Assembly: GCA_963806225.1 (NCBI GenBank)
Contig: CAWDXG010000004.1
Span: 2,496,001-2,560,000 of the forward strand
Reading direction: 5' to 3'
DNA length: 64,000 nucleotides
Source of the DNA: an uncultured delta proteobacterium
Lineage (GTDB): Bacteria > Myxococcota_A > Polyangia > Polyangiales > Polyangiaceae
The notes under the pieces are model-generated. The model searched no databases. It was not told the DNA's origin and saw nothing but the letters and a program-made list of their open reading frames with translations. Positions 30,414-40,794 of the stretch are shown here, piece by piece. A program made the position numbers and the translations under genes. How positions within the stretch are numbered: the first letter of the stretch is position 1; every line of letters begins with the position of its first letter.

Positions 30414-32108
30414 ATGCGAATAGCCGCAGCCCGTGGCGCGTTCTGTGACAGCGTGCGGGCTGAACGGATATGGGCGCTCGGCGCGGCAATCGCGCTCGCG
30501 ACGGCGTGTCACCGCGCACCGTCCGCTGCCGCGCACTCCGACGGCGGCACGCGCGCCAGCCCGCCGCCGGCCGCCAGCTCGACTCCCGCGCCCACCAAAT
30601 CGGTCCCACCGGCCAGCGCCCACAAGACCACGGCCGCTCCTCCGGACACGACCTTCAAGCAATTCGGCGCGAAGCTCGACAAGCTCTGCCCCCAGCCGGA
30701 TTCCGGACAGACGACGGGCAGCATGGTTGCGGCAGGCTATGCGAAGGCGCGCTGCTTGAGGGAGTACGTGCAGAAGCAGGCCCGGAAGCTCCCGAAGGCG
30801 ATGCGAGCCGCGTTCGCGGCCGGCCCACCCGATCCGATCGTGAAGGACGCCTGGTCGCCGGCGTGGCTCCGTCTGGAGGAGTCGGTGTGCGCGATCGGTG
30901 ACGCCGAGCGGTACACGAGCGGGATCCGCAGGGCCGTCGGATCGATGCGCTACATCGACGAAGCGTTCTGCGAGCGAGGGCCATATGCCCAGGCCGCCTT
31001 CCTGGTGGACAGTCTGCTTGGACACGACGCCGCAGGCTTCGCCGAGCACGTGCTCGCCGCCGCGCCCGCCGGACGGAAGCGGCTGGCGGCCGCGCGACGG
31101 GCTCTGACGGGTGTCGAGCGACTGCGCAAGCTCGCGCCGGAGGACTCGCTGTTCAACGACGAGTGCTGGAGCTGCGTGCTCGCCGATGCCGACTGGCGGC
31201 GCAAAGCGCTGCATCTGCGCGCCATCCTCGATGAGTCGAAGACGCTGGGGAGCGCCATGTGCAGGAGCTGGCCGGAGCTCGAAAAGCGGCTGGGAACCGG
31301 CTGCGCCGAGCTGGTACGCGAGCACTTCGCGTCCTACCTGGCCGAGGATCCGGGCCCCTTCGGACAAGGCGTCACCGCGGAGGACTACAAGGGCCTGCCA
31401 CCTCCGAAGGACGCGGCCTACCGCGCCGTGATCGACCCGATCATCGACGAGTGCCGCAAGAACGAGAGCCTGCACTACTCGGATCTCGGCTACGAACGGA
31501 AGTACCTGGGGTGTCTGCGCCGGCACTTCGCGAAGCTCGCCGCGGCTACCGCGCGCTTCCACGACGTGAAGCCAGAATGGACCCGCTTCCAGCAGGCGCT
31601 GTGCCAGGTGGAGGACGATGCACAGCGGAGCGACCTGGTGAGCGGCGTTGGCGCCCGCCTCGAGCGCGAGATGACGTTCCACGTGCGCTCGCTCGAGTGC
31701 CCCGCGCTGACCACCGCCCGCGGCATCTTCGTCGTGCACGCTCTTGCTGGAGACGACGCAACGGCGTTCGTAGCGCACGTCAAGGCCCGCGCGGCCTGGC
31801 TGCCGACGGTGAAGCGCGGCCTCCGGGAGCTCGGCAGCACTGCGCGCGCCGCGCCGTGCAAGAAGGAGTTCCCGCGGGTCCCGAAAGGTTGCCGCCCCAA
31901 GGCGCTGGCCACCGTGCACTGGGCCACGGTGAACCCGCACCTCGCCGCACTCCAGCCAGCCGCCGCCGCGCTGGGCAAGGCCCTCTGCAGCGCCTGGCCC
32001 GCGTTGCAAGCCAAGCTGCCAAGCTGCGCGACCCAGCTTGGCGACTACTTCATGTCCTACCCGATGTTCGGCGGACTGCTCGCCATCGACGAGAACCGGT
32101 ACCTGTAG
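30414..32108 (+). CDS. Hypothetical lipoprotein with two internal Cys-containing helical repeats (start uncertain)
   Basis: ATAC lipobox, Pro/Ala linker; repeats LGSAMCRSWPEL...C..LVREHFASY / LGKALCSAWPAL...C..QLGDYFMSY. Confidence 0.7.
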   Translation: MRIAAARGAFCDSVRAERIWALGAAIALATACHRAPSAAAHSDGGTRASPPPAASSTPAPTKSVPPASAHKTTAAPPDTTFKQFGAKLDKLCPQPDSGQTTGSMVAAGYAKARCLREYVQKQARKLPKAMRAAFAAGPPDPIVKDAWSPAWLRLEESVCAIGDAERYTSGIRRAVGSMRYIDEAFCERGPYAQAAFLVDSLLGHDAAGFAEHVLAAAPAGRKRLAAARRALTGVERLRKLAPEDSLFNDECWSCVLADADWRRKALHLRAILDESKTLGSAMCRSWPELEKRLGTGCAELVREHFASYLAEDPGPFGQGVTAEDYKGLPPPKDAAYRAVIDPIIDECRKNESLHYSDLGYERKYLGCLRRHFAKLAAATARFHDVKPEWTRFQQALCQVEDDAQRSDLVSGVGARLEREMTFHVRSLECPALTTARGIFVVHALAGDDATAFVAHVKARAAWLPTVKRGLRELGSTARAAPCKKEFPRVPKGCRPKALATVHWATVNPHLAALQPAAAALGKALCSAWPALQAKLPSCATQLGDYFMSYPMFGGLLAIDENRYL

Positions 32109-32148
32109 CGCCCGTCCCCGTCGCGGCCGGATGCGATAGGCTCGGCAC

Positions 32149-32681
32149 ATGCCCATCGACGACGGCGATCTCGGCACCAGCGAGCAGCGGCTGTGGCGGC
32201 TGATCGAGGAGCGGACACGACCCGACACGGACACGGCTGCCATCGACCGCCGCATCTTCGATCTGTTCGGGGAGCGCTGGGCACTTTCTCCAGATCATCT
32301 ACGAGCAGCGCAAGCTGCTCTTGCCGATCGTGGAGGCGCACGACGGCCCGTTGATCAAGAGCGAGGCGGACAGCTTCCTCCTGCTGTTCCGGCGTCCGGA
32401 GCGGGAGCTCGCCTGCGCGATCGCAATGCAGCGCGCATGTGAGCATATCAACGCCCGGCGCAAACCAGAGGAGCAGATCCTGCTGTGCGTCGGCATCGGC
32501 TACGGCGACGTGCTGCGCATCGGCGACGGCGACGTTCTGGGGTCGCGAGGTCAATGCCGCCAGCAAGCTCGGCGAGGACACGGCCAAGGCCCGCGAGATC
32601 CTCGTCACCGACGACGCGCGCAACGCGCTGAGCGATTTCCCCGGCGTGAGCTTCAGCGCGCGGGAGCAGGCCGTGACCGGT
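32149..32681 (+). pseudogene. Degraded second copy of the class III cyclase
   Basis: MPIDDGDLGTSEQRLWRLIEERT matches 25424; deletion of about 59 nt removes FTDLSGFS; further frameshift; 3' end lost. Confidence 0.85.
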
Positions 32682-33804
32682 CTGCCAGCTGTCGCCGCGG
32701 TTCTCGCTCACGTACAGGTTGCCTGTGGTGCTGCCGAAGGCGAGCGCGTCACCGCTGTTGTCGAGCGCGTGGCGGTACACGACATCGTAGGCGTTCCTCT
32801 GCGGCAGACCCTCGCGGAGCTGCTTCCAGCTCTCGCCGCCATCCTCTGTCCGCGCGACGAACAGGCCGCCGTCGATCGCCATGCGCTGGTTGTCGGAGCG
32901 GCCCGGAACCAGCCACGCAGTCCTGCCGTCCTTGTCGTCGGCCGCTACCGGGAAACCGAAGTGCACGCCCTGCTCGGGCTTGCTGACCCTGCTCCAGGTC
33001 TTCGCGCCGTCGCTGCTGTAGAAGACGCCGGCGTGGTTCTGCTGCCACAAGTGGTCAGGCTGCCCTTTGCAGAGCTCGATGTAGTGCGCGTCGTGCCCCC
33101 ATTCTGCCGCGGGGTCGGGCAGGTAGTCGTTGAGCATGCCCTTGTTCCTGCCGCGCCAGGTCTTTCCGCCATCCGTCGTCTCGAGCGCGCCCGCCGTGGA
33201 AACCGCCACCAGCACGCGGTCGGGATTGCGCGGATCGACCACCACCGAGTGGATGCCTGGCGCGAACTCGCCGCCCTCGGATGCGGGCGTCCCCATCCAG
33301 TGCGTCGTGCCGGTGCCTTCACCCGCGAACAGGTCGCCGCCACGCGATTCGTGGTTCCAGAGCGGCCGGTTCAGCTCGAACGACTCGCCGCCGTCGCTGC
33401 TGACGAACAGACCACCAGGGATCGTGCCCACATACAGACGCCCCTTCTGCCCGAAGGCCAGATACCAGAGCTTGAGCAGCGTCGCGTCCTTGATGGTGGA
33501 CCCGCTCGAGTTTCCCGTCTCGTCCGGCATCGCCGGGGCGATGTAGCGCGCACCCTCGGGGTACTTGAGCTGCGGCGCGTCCTCCCACGTCTTGCCCTCG
33601 TCGCGCGAGCGCGAGAGCTTGGCGCCCCAGTGGCCGTGGCCGAGCAGCGCCCACACGTGCCGGCGTGCGGGTCGCGCGCGACGAAGTTCGAGCCGGACCG
33701 GCATGCCCCACCAGCGACGGCTCCCAGCGCGCCCCCACCTTGTCGACAATGAACGTCCCTTTCCGCGTCCCGACCAGAATTCTCGTAGCCACCTCAACCT
33801 CCAC
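32682..33804 (-). CDS. BNR/Asp-box (sialidase-like, WD40/YVTN) protein; frameshifts at about 33655-33695, normal C-terminus apparently lost
   Basis: ILVGTRKG N-terminus; repeated S.DGG.(T/S)W Asp boxes; QQNHAGVF, HFGFPVA, RHAL. Confidence 0.75.
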
Positions 33805-34072
33805 TCAGCGCCTGCAGAATGAACACCCGGGAACCGGGCTCGAGCGGATCGGTCAGCCGCGCTCGATCGGCGATCATCTGGTCTTCGATGAACACGTTGA
33901 CGTGCGTCCTGAGACGCCCGCGCTCGTCGCACACGTAGAACGAGAAGCCGGGCGCGAGCTTCTCCATCTCTGCCACCACCTCGGCGACGTTCTTCGCCTC
34001 GACGACGATGTCCTTCCCCTTCAGGTCGGGGAGGAACTCGAACAGGTGACGTGTGAGCGTGACGTGCGCCAT
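33794..34072 (-). CDS. MoaD/ThiS family ubiquitin-like protein
   Basis: DERGRLRTHVNVFI; C-terminal LQALSGG*. Confidence 0.88.
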   Translation of the reverse strand: MAHVTLTRHLFEFLPDLKGKDIVVEAKNVAEVVAEMEKLAPGFSFYVCDERGRLRTHVNVFIEDQMIADRARLTDPLEPGSRVFILQALSGG

Positions 34073-34173
34073 CCCCGTCGGGACGATATCCACGACCGGG
34101 GCGGCGCGCTAGCGCGGTGTCTGGGGGCCCATTGTTATGGGGATTTCCACCACCGCGCTCTCTGGGGTGCGCT

Positions 34174-35022
34174 CTACAGCCCGAAAACCCGCTTCGGGTT
34201 GTCGTACAGGATGGCCTGGAGCGTGTCCGGCCGGAGCTCCATCTCGTCGAACTGCTTCAGATAGCGTTCCCAGCTCAAGCCGTTGGAGCCGAACAGCACC
34301 TTCTGCGCGCCGGTCCGCGACTTCATGAAGCCGACGAGCGCGGGGCTGAAGTACTTCGGCAGCCAGGCGCTGACGTTCAGGTACACGTTGGGCCACTTGG
34401 TGGTGACGGCCAGCATCTCGTCGACCCAGGGCCAGCCGGTGTGCGTGCCGACCAGGACCAGCTTGGGGAAGTCGCAGGCGATGCGATCGAGCACCATCGG
34501 GTGGCCGTGCTCGCTCGGCATGGCCTCGAGCACGTGCCCGACCTGCATCTGCACGGGCACGCCCAGCTGCTCGCAGCGCGCGTACAGCGGATACATCTTC
34601 TTGTGATCGAGCGGGATGTCGTAGCCGTAGATGTGGACGTACACGCCCTTGTAGCCGCGCTCCTTGATGTCGGCGTCGAGCTTGTCGAGGCTCTCGCGGA
34701 TGTGGAACGGATCGTAGTCGGCCAGACCGAAGATGCGCCCCGGGTACTTCTTGGTCAGCGCGCTGATCTGCTCGGTCATGTCGAGCGCGAAACGCTCCTG
34801 CCGCATGTACGACCAGGCCAGGAGATCAGTGGCCAGCACCGTCTCGACGCCGGCGTCGTCCATCGCCTTGATCAGCTGCGCGCCGTCGTCGTAGCCGTCG
34901 CCCCAGGCCTGCTCCACCGCGCACTTGAGCTCGCCCGTCGAGTTGGTGGCCTTCACCCAGCTCTGCTTCCACTCCTTCAGGAGCAGCGGGAAGAGACAGT
35001 CGATCGCTCTATACTCGGGCAT
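34174..35022 (-). CDS. Amidohydrolase_2 family protein
   Basis: GGAGG SD; MYPLYARCE, QVGH, GTHTGWPW, VLFGSN. Confidence 0.85.
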   Translation of the reverse strand: MPEYRAIDCLFPLLLKEWKQSWVKATNSTGELKCAVEQAWGDGYDDGAQLIKAMDDAGVETVLATDLLAWSYMRQERFALDMTEQISALTKKYPGRIFGLADYDPFHIRESLDKLDADIKERGYKGVYVHIYGYDIPLDHKKMYPLYARCEQLGVPVQMQVGHVLEAMPSEHGHPMVLDRIACDFPKLVLVGTHTGWPWVDEMLAVTTKWPNVYLNVSAWLPKYFSPALVGFMKSRTGAQKVLFGSNGLSWERYLKQFDEMELRPDTLQAILYDNPKRVFGL

Positions 35023-35127
35023 CGTTCCTCCAGTCGGCTCGAGTGGGGGCACTCGGCGCGGAAGTCTTCGGGGGCCCCGAAAGTATGCGAGCGAATGGGG
35101 CGGGTCAAAGCGTCCCTGTCGGGGGCC

Positions 35128-36663
35128 ATGATATCCATCAAGCAGGTATCGGGGCATGCGAAGCGCACGCCGGACAAGGCCGCGCTGGTTTTCAAGGGCG
35201 ACCGCATCACCTACTCGGCGCTCGACGCGCGCGTGAAGCAGGTCGCCGCGGGGCTCCGGGAAGCGGGCGTGCGCAAGGGCGACCGCGTCGCCGCGCTGCT
35301 GCTCAATTGCCCCGAGGTGCTCGAGCTCCTGATGGCCTGCAACCTTCTGGGCGCGATCTTCCTGCCGGTCAATTTCCGGCTGAGCGCCGAGGAGGTCGCA
35401 TTCATCCTCGAAGACGCGACGCCCGAACTGTTCGCGTTCCAGACGATGTTCGAGCCCATCGCGATCAAGGCGCGGGCCTCGACCCGCGTGCACACCTGGG
35501 TCCGCGTGGGCGACGCGCCCGGCGAAGGCGAGCGCTCGTACAAATCGCTCTACGAGGGCCGGACAACCGCGCTACTGCCCGAGTCGGTCAGCGAAGACGA
35601 CCCGGCGATGATGATGTACACGTCCGGCACCACCGGGCGACCGAAGGGCGCACTGCTCAGCCACGGCAACCTGCTCTGGAACGACGTGCAGGTGCTGCTC
35701 AGCGTGCCCGCCCAGGACGCCGACCTGAACTACTGCGCGGCGCCGCTGTTCCACATCGGCGGCCTCAACGTGCTGACCGGGCCGATGATCTACCGCGGCG
35801 GAACCACCCTCATCGACGACAAGTTCGATCCGGAAGCGACGCTCGAAACACTGGCGCGCGAGAAGGTGACCTGCTCGTTCATGGTGCCCGCCATGTGGGG
35901 CGCGCTGGCCGCGGTACCCGACTTCGACAAATACGACCTGAGCTCGCTGCGCTACTCGATCGTCGGCGGCGCGCCCTGCCCGCTGACCGTGCTCGAGTTC
36001 TACAAGAAGCGCGGCATCCGCTTCCAGGAGGGCTTCGGGTTGACCGAGACCTCGCCCATCGTATGCCTTCTGGCCGCGGAAGACGGCATCCGCAAGAACG
36101 GCAGCGTCGGCCACCCCGCCGCGCACGTCCAGGTGCGCATCGTCGACTACGCGGACAACGACGTGCCGGAAGGCGAGCCGGGCGAGCTGCTGGTGCGCGC
36201 GCCCAACGTGATGCTCGGCTACTGGAACCGCCCGAAGGAAACCGAGCAGGCGCTGCGCGGCGGCTGGTTCCACACCGGCGACCTCGCGCGGCGCGACGAA
36301 GAAGGCTTCATCTACATCGTCGACCGCAAGAAGGACATGGTCATCAGCGGTGGCGAGAACGTCTACTCCGCCGAGGTCGAGCAGGTGCTCTACCGGCACC
36401 CGGCCGTCGCCGAGGTAGCCGTCATCGGCGTGCCGGACGAGCGTTGGGGCGAGGCGATCGTCGCGGTGGTCGCGGCGAAGGAGGGCGAAAAGAGCCCCAC
36501 GCTCGAAGAACTGGCGGCGTTCTGCGAGGGCAAGCTCGCTCATTACAAGCAGCCCCGGCGGGTGGAGAGCGTGAAGGCGCTGCCGCGCAATGCCACCGGC
36601 AAGGTGCTGAAAAACGACCTCCGGGTGATGTTCGGCGGCGCCGAAAGCGCGGTGAAGCGCTAG
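35128..36663 (+). CDS. Long-chain acyl-CoA synthetase (AMP-binding, FadD-like)
   Basis: YTSGTTGRPKG, PLFHIGG, GFGLTET, HTGD, DRKKDMVISGGENVY, PRNATGKV. Confidence 0.93.
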   Translation: MISIKQVSGHAKRTPDKAALVFKGDRITYSALDARVKQVAAGLREAGVRKGDRVAALLLNCPEVLELLMACNLLGAIFLPVNFRLSAEEVAFILEDATPELFAFQTMFEPIAIKARASTRVHTWVRVGDAPGEGERSYKSLYEGRTTALLPESVSEDDPAMMMYTSGTTGRPKGALLSHGNLLWNDVQVLLSVPAQDADLNYCAAPLFHIGGLNVLTGPMIYRGGTTLIDDKFDPEATLETLAREKVTCSFMVPAMWGALAAVPDFDKYDLSSLRYSIVGGAPCPLTVLEFYKKRGIRFQEGFGLTETSPIVCLLAAEDGIRKNGSVGHPAAHVQVRIVDYADNDVPEGEPGELLVRAPNVMLGYWNRPKETEQALRGGWFHTGDLARRDEEGFIYIVDRKKDMVISGGENVYSAEVEQVLYRHPAVAEVAVIGVPDERWGEAIVAVVAAKEGEKSPTLEELAAFCEGKLAHYKQPRRVESVKALPRNATGKVLKNDLRVMFGGAESAVKR

Positions 36664-36856
36664 GCAACCGCGCGAGCGGCGGCTCGGTGCGAAAGCCGGA
36701 GCGACAATGCCAGCGGTATTGCGACCGGCGACGCGCGCGTTCGCATCCCGAGGCGCCGCGCTCTGCAATGCAACGCGCAAAGGCAGAGGGCCAAACGCGA
36801 ACCGGCAGCGGGCGTCCGTCTCCACGCCGGGCAAGCCTGGGGGGCATTGTGCCGGT

Positions 36857-36872
36857 TGGCACGCGCCGTGCA
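36857..36872 (+). promoter_or_regulatory. Sigma-54 (-24/-12) promoter candidate
   Basis: TGGCACG-cgcc-GTGCA with exact GG-N10-GC spacing, upstream of the csbD-like gene. Confidence 0.6.
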
Positions 36873-36946
36873 ACGTCATCCAGGAATACGGGCGGTTCAC
36901 TGGCGCCTCCGCGTTCGGTGCGGTTGTGCCCGGGAAGGAGATGAAA

Positions 36947-37195
36947 ATGCATTGGGAGAATGTCCAGATGAGCTGGCACGAGCTTGGCACCAGCATGAAG
37001 ACGCGATGGAGCAGGCTCACCGATGACGATCTGCAGCGAGCCAACGGCAGGTTGGACGAGCTGGTGCGCGCGCTTCAGCAGCGCTACGGCGTGGGGCACG
37101 AAGACGCGCGGCGTCAGGTGGAGAAGTTCTCCGACGAGGTCGCCGAACGGATGGAGAGCCGTAGGCTATTTTCCCACTCGCCAACGGCGGACTGA
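36947..37195 (+). CDS. CsbD/YjbJ family stress protein
   Basis: W..LGTSMK.RW.RLTDDDL....G..DELV..LQQRYG. Confidence 0.85.
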   Translation: MHWENVQMSWHELGTSMKTRWSRLTDDDLQRANGRLDELVRALQQRYGVGHEDARRQVEKFSDEVAERMESRRLFSHSPTAD

Positions 37196-37316
37196 CCCTC
37201 GCTTCCTGCAGAGGTGTGTCGGGACGCACCATGTGTGGCGATCCGGACAACGCCGCACGCCGGGGGCCATCACACGCTTTGCGCGTCGCGCACGAACGCG
37301 CGCTCCACTCGCAGTG

Positions 37317-37919
37317 CTACGTTCCGCCCAGCCGCGAAAGCAGCGCGTCGACGATCCAGTGCACGTGCTCGCGCCGTTCACGCCGCGGGCCGGCGGCGAG
37401 CGGGTCCTCGCCGCCCCACGCGGCCGACAGCGCAGGCGCGTACAGGTAGTAGTTGTTGACGATACCCGCGAAGCTCACGAAGAATTGACGTGCTGCGAGC
37501 GGCCCCGAGTCGGGCACCAGCCCGCCCAGAATCGCCTGTACGCGTTCGTGGAGCAGCCCCAGCCCACGCGCGATCTGCGACAGATGTGCGGAACCCGATG
37601 TGATCTCCATCTGCACCAGGCGCACGTAGCGATGATGATCCTCGATGAAGTCGAGGTACGCGTCGATGAAGCGGTGCAGGCGTTCGGAGGGATCTCCTCC
37701 GGCTTCCGCAGCCTCCAGCACGCGGGCATGCGCAGCGTAGTAGCGGTCCAGCACCCGCTCGAAGAGATCGTCCTTGCTCTTGTAGTGGTAGAAGACGGAC
37801 GCCTTCTTCACGCCGGCGCGCTCCGCCACGTCCCGCACGCTCACCCCGGAGATGCCGCGCGCCGAGAACAGCTCGTCGGCCGCCTCCAGGATGCGCTCCG
37901 CCGCGTCCTCGCCCGCCAT
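37317..37919 (-). CDS. TetR/AcrR family regulator
   Basis: ILEAADELFSARG...VRDVAERAGVKKASVFYHYKSKDDL. Confidence 0.93.
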   Translation of the reverse strand: MAGEDAAERILEAADELFSARGISGVSVRDVAERAGVKKASVFYHYKSKDDLFERVLDRYYAAHARVLEAAEAGGDPSERLHRFIDAYLDFIEDHHRYVRLVQMEITSGSAHLSQIARGLGLLHERVQAILGGLVPDSGPLAARQFFVSFAGIVNNYYLYAPALSAAWGGEDPLAAGPRRERREHVHWIVDALLSRLGGT

Positions 37920-37940
37920 GCCGGGGATTCAAGCGCATAC

Positions 37941-37954
37941 TGACCGAACGGTCA
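37941..37954. promoter_or_regulatory. Putative TetR operator 1
   Basis: TGACCG-AA-CGGTCA palindrome. Confidence 0.75.
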
Positions 37955-38049
37955 ACATGATTCGGACTGCCAAGTCTGCGAAAGTCCATGAACATCAAAA
38001 TTACTTGATTTTGCGCTTGCATCTCCCGAATCCTGGGCGTATCTACATT

Positions 38050-38063
38050 TGACCGATCGGTCA
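38050..38063. promoter_or_regulatory. Putative TetR operator 2
   Basis: TGACCG-AT-CGGTCA perfect palindrome; flanks inverted relative to operator 1. Confidence 0.75.
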
Positions 38064-38086
38064 GTACAGGAAAGGGGCAGGGAACC

Positions 38087-39838
38087 ATGCAGCGTGTAGT
38101 CGGTGGCGAAGTGGTGGCGGCAATGCTCGCCCGCGAAGGGGTCACGAAGGTCTTCGGGATCGTCGATGGAACGTACATGGGGCTCTACGCGAGCTTCGCG
38201 AAGTACGGCATCGAGCTGGTCTCGCCGCGGCACGAGACCAGCGCCGCGCACATGGCCGGCGCGTACGCGCGGCTGACCGGCAAGCTCGGCGTGTGCATCG
38301 CCAGCAACGGCCCGGGCGTCGCCAACATCCTGCCCGGCATCGCCGTGGAGAACGGCGAGGGCAACCGCGTGCTCGTCATCACCAGCTCGCGGCGGCAGGG
38401 CATCACCTACCCCGACCGCGGCGGCGCCTTCCAGTACTTCAACCAGATCGGCGTCACGCGCGCCATGACCAAGTGGAGCGGCGCTGTCCCCGACTTCGCG
38501 CGTATCCCGGAGCTCATGCGCCGCGCATTCCGCGTCGCATACCACGGCCGCCCCGGGGTCGTGCACGTCGACGTGCCGGAAAACGTGATGAACGGCGCAT
38601 TCGAAATCGCCGACGACTACCTGCGCGAGCCGCACGAGTACCGGCGCACGGCGCCCATCGCGCCGCCGCACGACGACGTCGCGAAAGCGGCGGACATGCT
38701 CCGCACCGCCAAGCGGCCGCTCATCCACGCAGGCAGCGGCGTGGTGCATGCGCGGGCATACGACGCGCTCGGCAAGCTCGCGGAGCTTCTGCAGGCACCG
38801 GTCAGCACGAGCTGGGGCGCACGCGGCGCCCTCCCGGAACAGAATCCCCTCGCCCTCCCGACGAGCGCGATGGAAGCGCAGAAGGAAGCGCGCACCGCCG
38901 CCGACGTGGTGCTGGTGATCGGCTCGCGCCTGGGCGAGACGGATTGGTGGGGCAAGGCTCCCTACTGGGGCGCGCCCGGCGAGCAACGCTTCATCCAGGT
39001 CGACAGCGATGAGGAAGTGCTCGGCGTGAATCGCCCCACCCAGCTCACCATCCTGGCCGACGCCGGCGCGTTCATGCACGCGCTGGCGCGCGAGCTCGGC
39101 AACAAGACGACCGACGAGACGGTGAAGAAGTCACGTGCGGACCAGCTGGCGAAGCTCGCGGAAATCAAGGCCACTACGCGCAAGGAGCTCGACGCGGCAC
39201 TCGACAACAAGGCCACGCCCATGGGCCCCGCGCACGTGCCGCATACGGCGCGCCGGCTGCTCGACGACAGGGACATCGTGGTCGTCGACGGCGGCAACAC
39301 CGCAGTGTGGAGCCAGTTCTTCTTCGATGTGAGAAAGCCCGGCACCGTGCTCGGCACCTTCAAGCTCGGCATGCTCGGCGCCGGTCCAGGCCAGGCGCTC
39401 GGCGCGCAGATCGCGCATCCCGATCGCCGCGTGATGTGCATCCTGGGCGACGGCGCGATGGGCTTCCACTCGCAGGAGCTGGAGACCGCCGTGCGGAACA
39501 ACCTTCCGGTCGTATTCGTCGTGCTCTGCGACAAGCAGTGGGGCATGGTCAAGCTCACGCAGCAGTTCGCTCTGGGCGGCGTGCGCGAAGTGCTGGGCGT
39601 GGAGGAACAAGGCACGATCAACACGGACTTCTCCGAGATCCGCTTCGACGACCTGGCCCGCGCCATGGGCGCCCACGGCGAGCGTGTCGCCGATCCGGCC
39701 GAGCTCGAGGGCACGCTCAGGCGCGCTCTCGAAGCGAAGAAGCCGGCCGTCGTGCATGTGGACGTCGACCCGATGCTGCACCTGTGGGCGCCCGGTCTGC
39801 AGGCGTTCAAGGACATGCACCAGGAGCCGGCGGGGTGA
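38087..39838 (+). CDS. Thiamine diphosphate-dependent enzyme (acetolactate synthase / 2-hydroxyacyl-CoA lyase-like)
   Basis: RHETSAAHMAGAYARLTG, GPGVAN, GDGAMGF...ELETAVR. Confidence 0.9.
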   Translation: MQRVVGGEVVAAMLAREGVTKVFGIVDGTYMGLYASFAKYGIELVSPRHETSAAHMAGAYARLTGKLGVCIASNGPGVANILPGIAVENGEGNRVLVITSSRRQGITYPDRGGAFQYFNQIGVTRAMTKWSGAVPDFARIPELMRRAFRVAYHGRPGVVHVDVPENVMNGAFEIADDYLREPHEYRRTAPIAPPHDDVAKAADMLRTAKRPLIHAGSGVVHARAYDALGKLAELLQAPVSTSWGARGALPEQNPLALPTSAMEAQKEARTAADVVLVIGSRLGETDWWGKAPYWGAPGEQRFIQVDSDEEVLGVNRPTQLTILADAGAFMHALARELGNKTTDETVKKSRADQLAKLAEIKATTRKELDAALDNKATPMGPAHVPHTARRLLDDRDIVVVDGGNTAVWSQFFFDVRKPGTVLGTFKLGMLGAGPGQALGAQIAHPDRRVMCILGDGAMGFHSQELETAVRNNLPVVFVVLCDKQWGMVKLTQQFALGGVREVLGVEEQGTINTDFSEIRFDDLARAMGAHGERVADPAELEGTLRRALEAKKPAVVHVDVDPMLHLWAPGLQAFKDMHQEPAG

Positions 39839-40794
39839 GCGCGCGCCCGGCGGTGCTCGTAACCGGCGCGGCGGGCTACATCGGCGGTCTCACGATTGCG
39901 GCGCTCTCCCGGCGCCGCGACGAGCTATCCGCGCTGGTGGCCCTCGACGTGAAGGACGCGGCGGACAAGCTCGACGGCGTCGACTACGTCACGCTGAGCG
40001 TCACCGACGACAAGCTCGCCCAGGTCATCGAGCAGCACGGCGTGGATACCGTCGTGCACCTGGCTTCGGTCGTGCGCCCGCCGAAGCACGGCGGCGACGA
40101 CCTCGCCTACCAGGTCGACGTGCTCGGCACGAAGAACGTGCTGGAAGCCTGCGTGGACAAGGGTGTGCGCCGCCTGATCGTGACCAGCAGCGGCGCGGCC
40201 TATGGCTACCACGCGGACAGCCCGCCCTGGCTCACCGAAGACGACCCGGTGCGCGGCAACGAGAGCTTCGCCTACTCCTGGAACAAGCAACTGATCGAGG
40301 AGATGCTCGCGGACTACCGCAGGACCCATCCGGAGCTCGCCCAGCTCGTCTTCCGCCCCGGCACGGTGATCGGCGAGACCGTCTCGAGCCCGGTCACCGA
40401 CCTGTTCGAGAAGCCCGTGGTGCTCGGCGTGCGGGGCTTCGATTCGCCGTTCGTGTTCATCTGGGACGACGACGTGGTCGAGTGCCTCGAGCGGGGCGTG
40501 TTCGGCGAGCAGACCGGCATCTACAACCTGGCCGGCGACGGTGCGCTCACGCCGCGCGAGATCGCCCGGCTGCTCGGAAAGCCGTACCTGCCGCTGCCGG
40601 CGAGCGCGATCACGCTCGCATTGTCGGCGCTGCAGCGCCTGGGAAGGAGTGCACGGGGCCCGGAGCAGATCGACTTCCTGCGCTACCGGCCGGTGCTGTC
40701 GAACCGCCGGCTGAAGGCCGAGTTCGGCTACACGCCGCGCTACTCGTCGCGCGAGGCGTTCCAGAAGTACGCCGCGCACAAGGCACACTCATGA
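39835..40794 (+). CDS. Extended SDR / NAD-dependent epimerase-dehydratase
   Basis: GTGA overlap; TGAAGYIG, HLAS, YSWNK. Confidence 0.9.
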   Translation: MSARPAVLVTGAAGYIGGLTIAALSRRRDELSALVALDVKDAADKLDGVDYVTLSVTDDKLAQVIEQHGVDTVVHLASVVRPPKHGGDDLAYQVDVLGTKNVLEACVDKGVRRLIVTSSGAAYGYHADSPPWLTEDDPVRGNESFAYSWNKQLIEEMLADYRRTHPELAQLVFRPGTVIGETVSSPVTDLFEKPVVLGVRGFDSPFVFIWDDDVVECLERGVFGEQTGIYNLAGDGALTPREIARLLGKPYLPLPASAITLALSALQRLGRSARGPEQIDFLRYRPVLSNRRLKAEFGYTPRYSSREAFQKYAAHKAHS

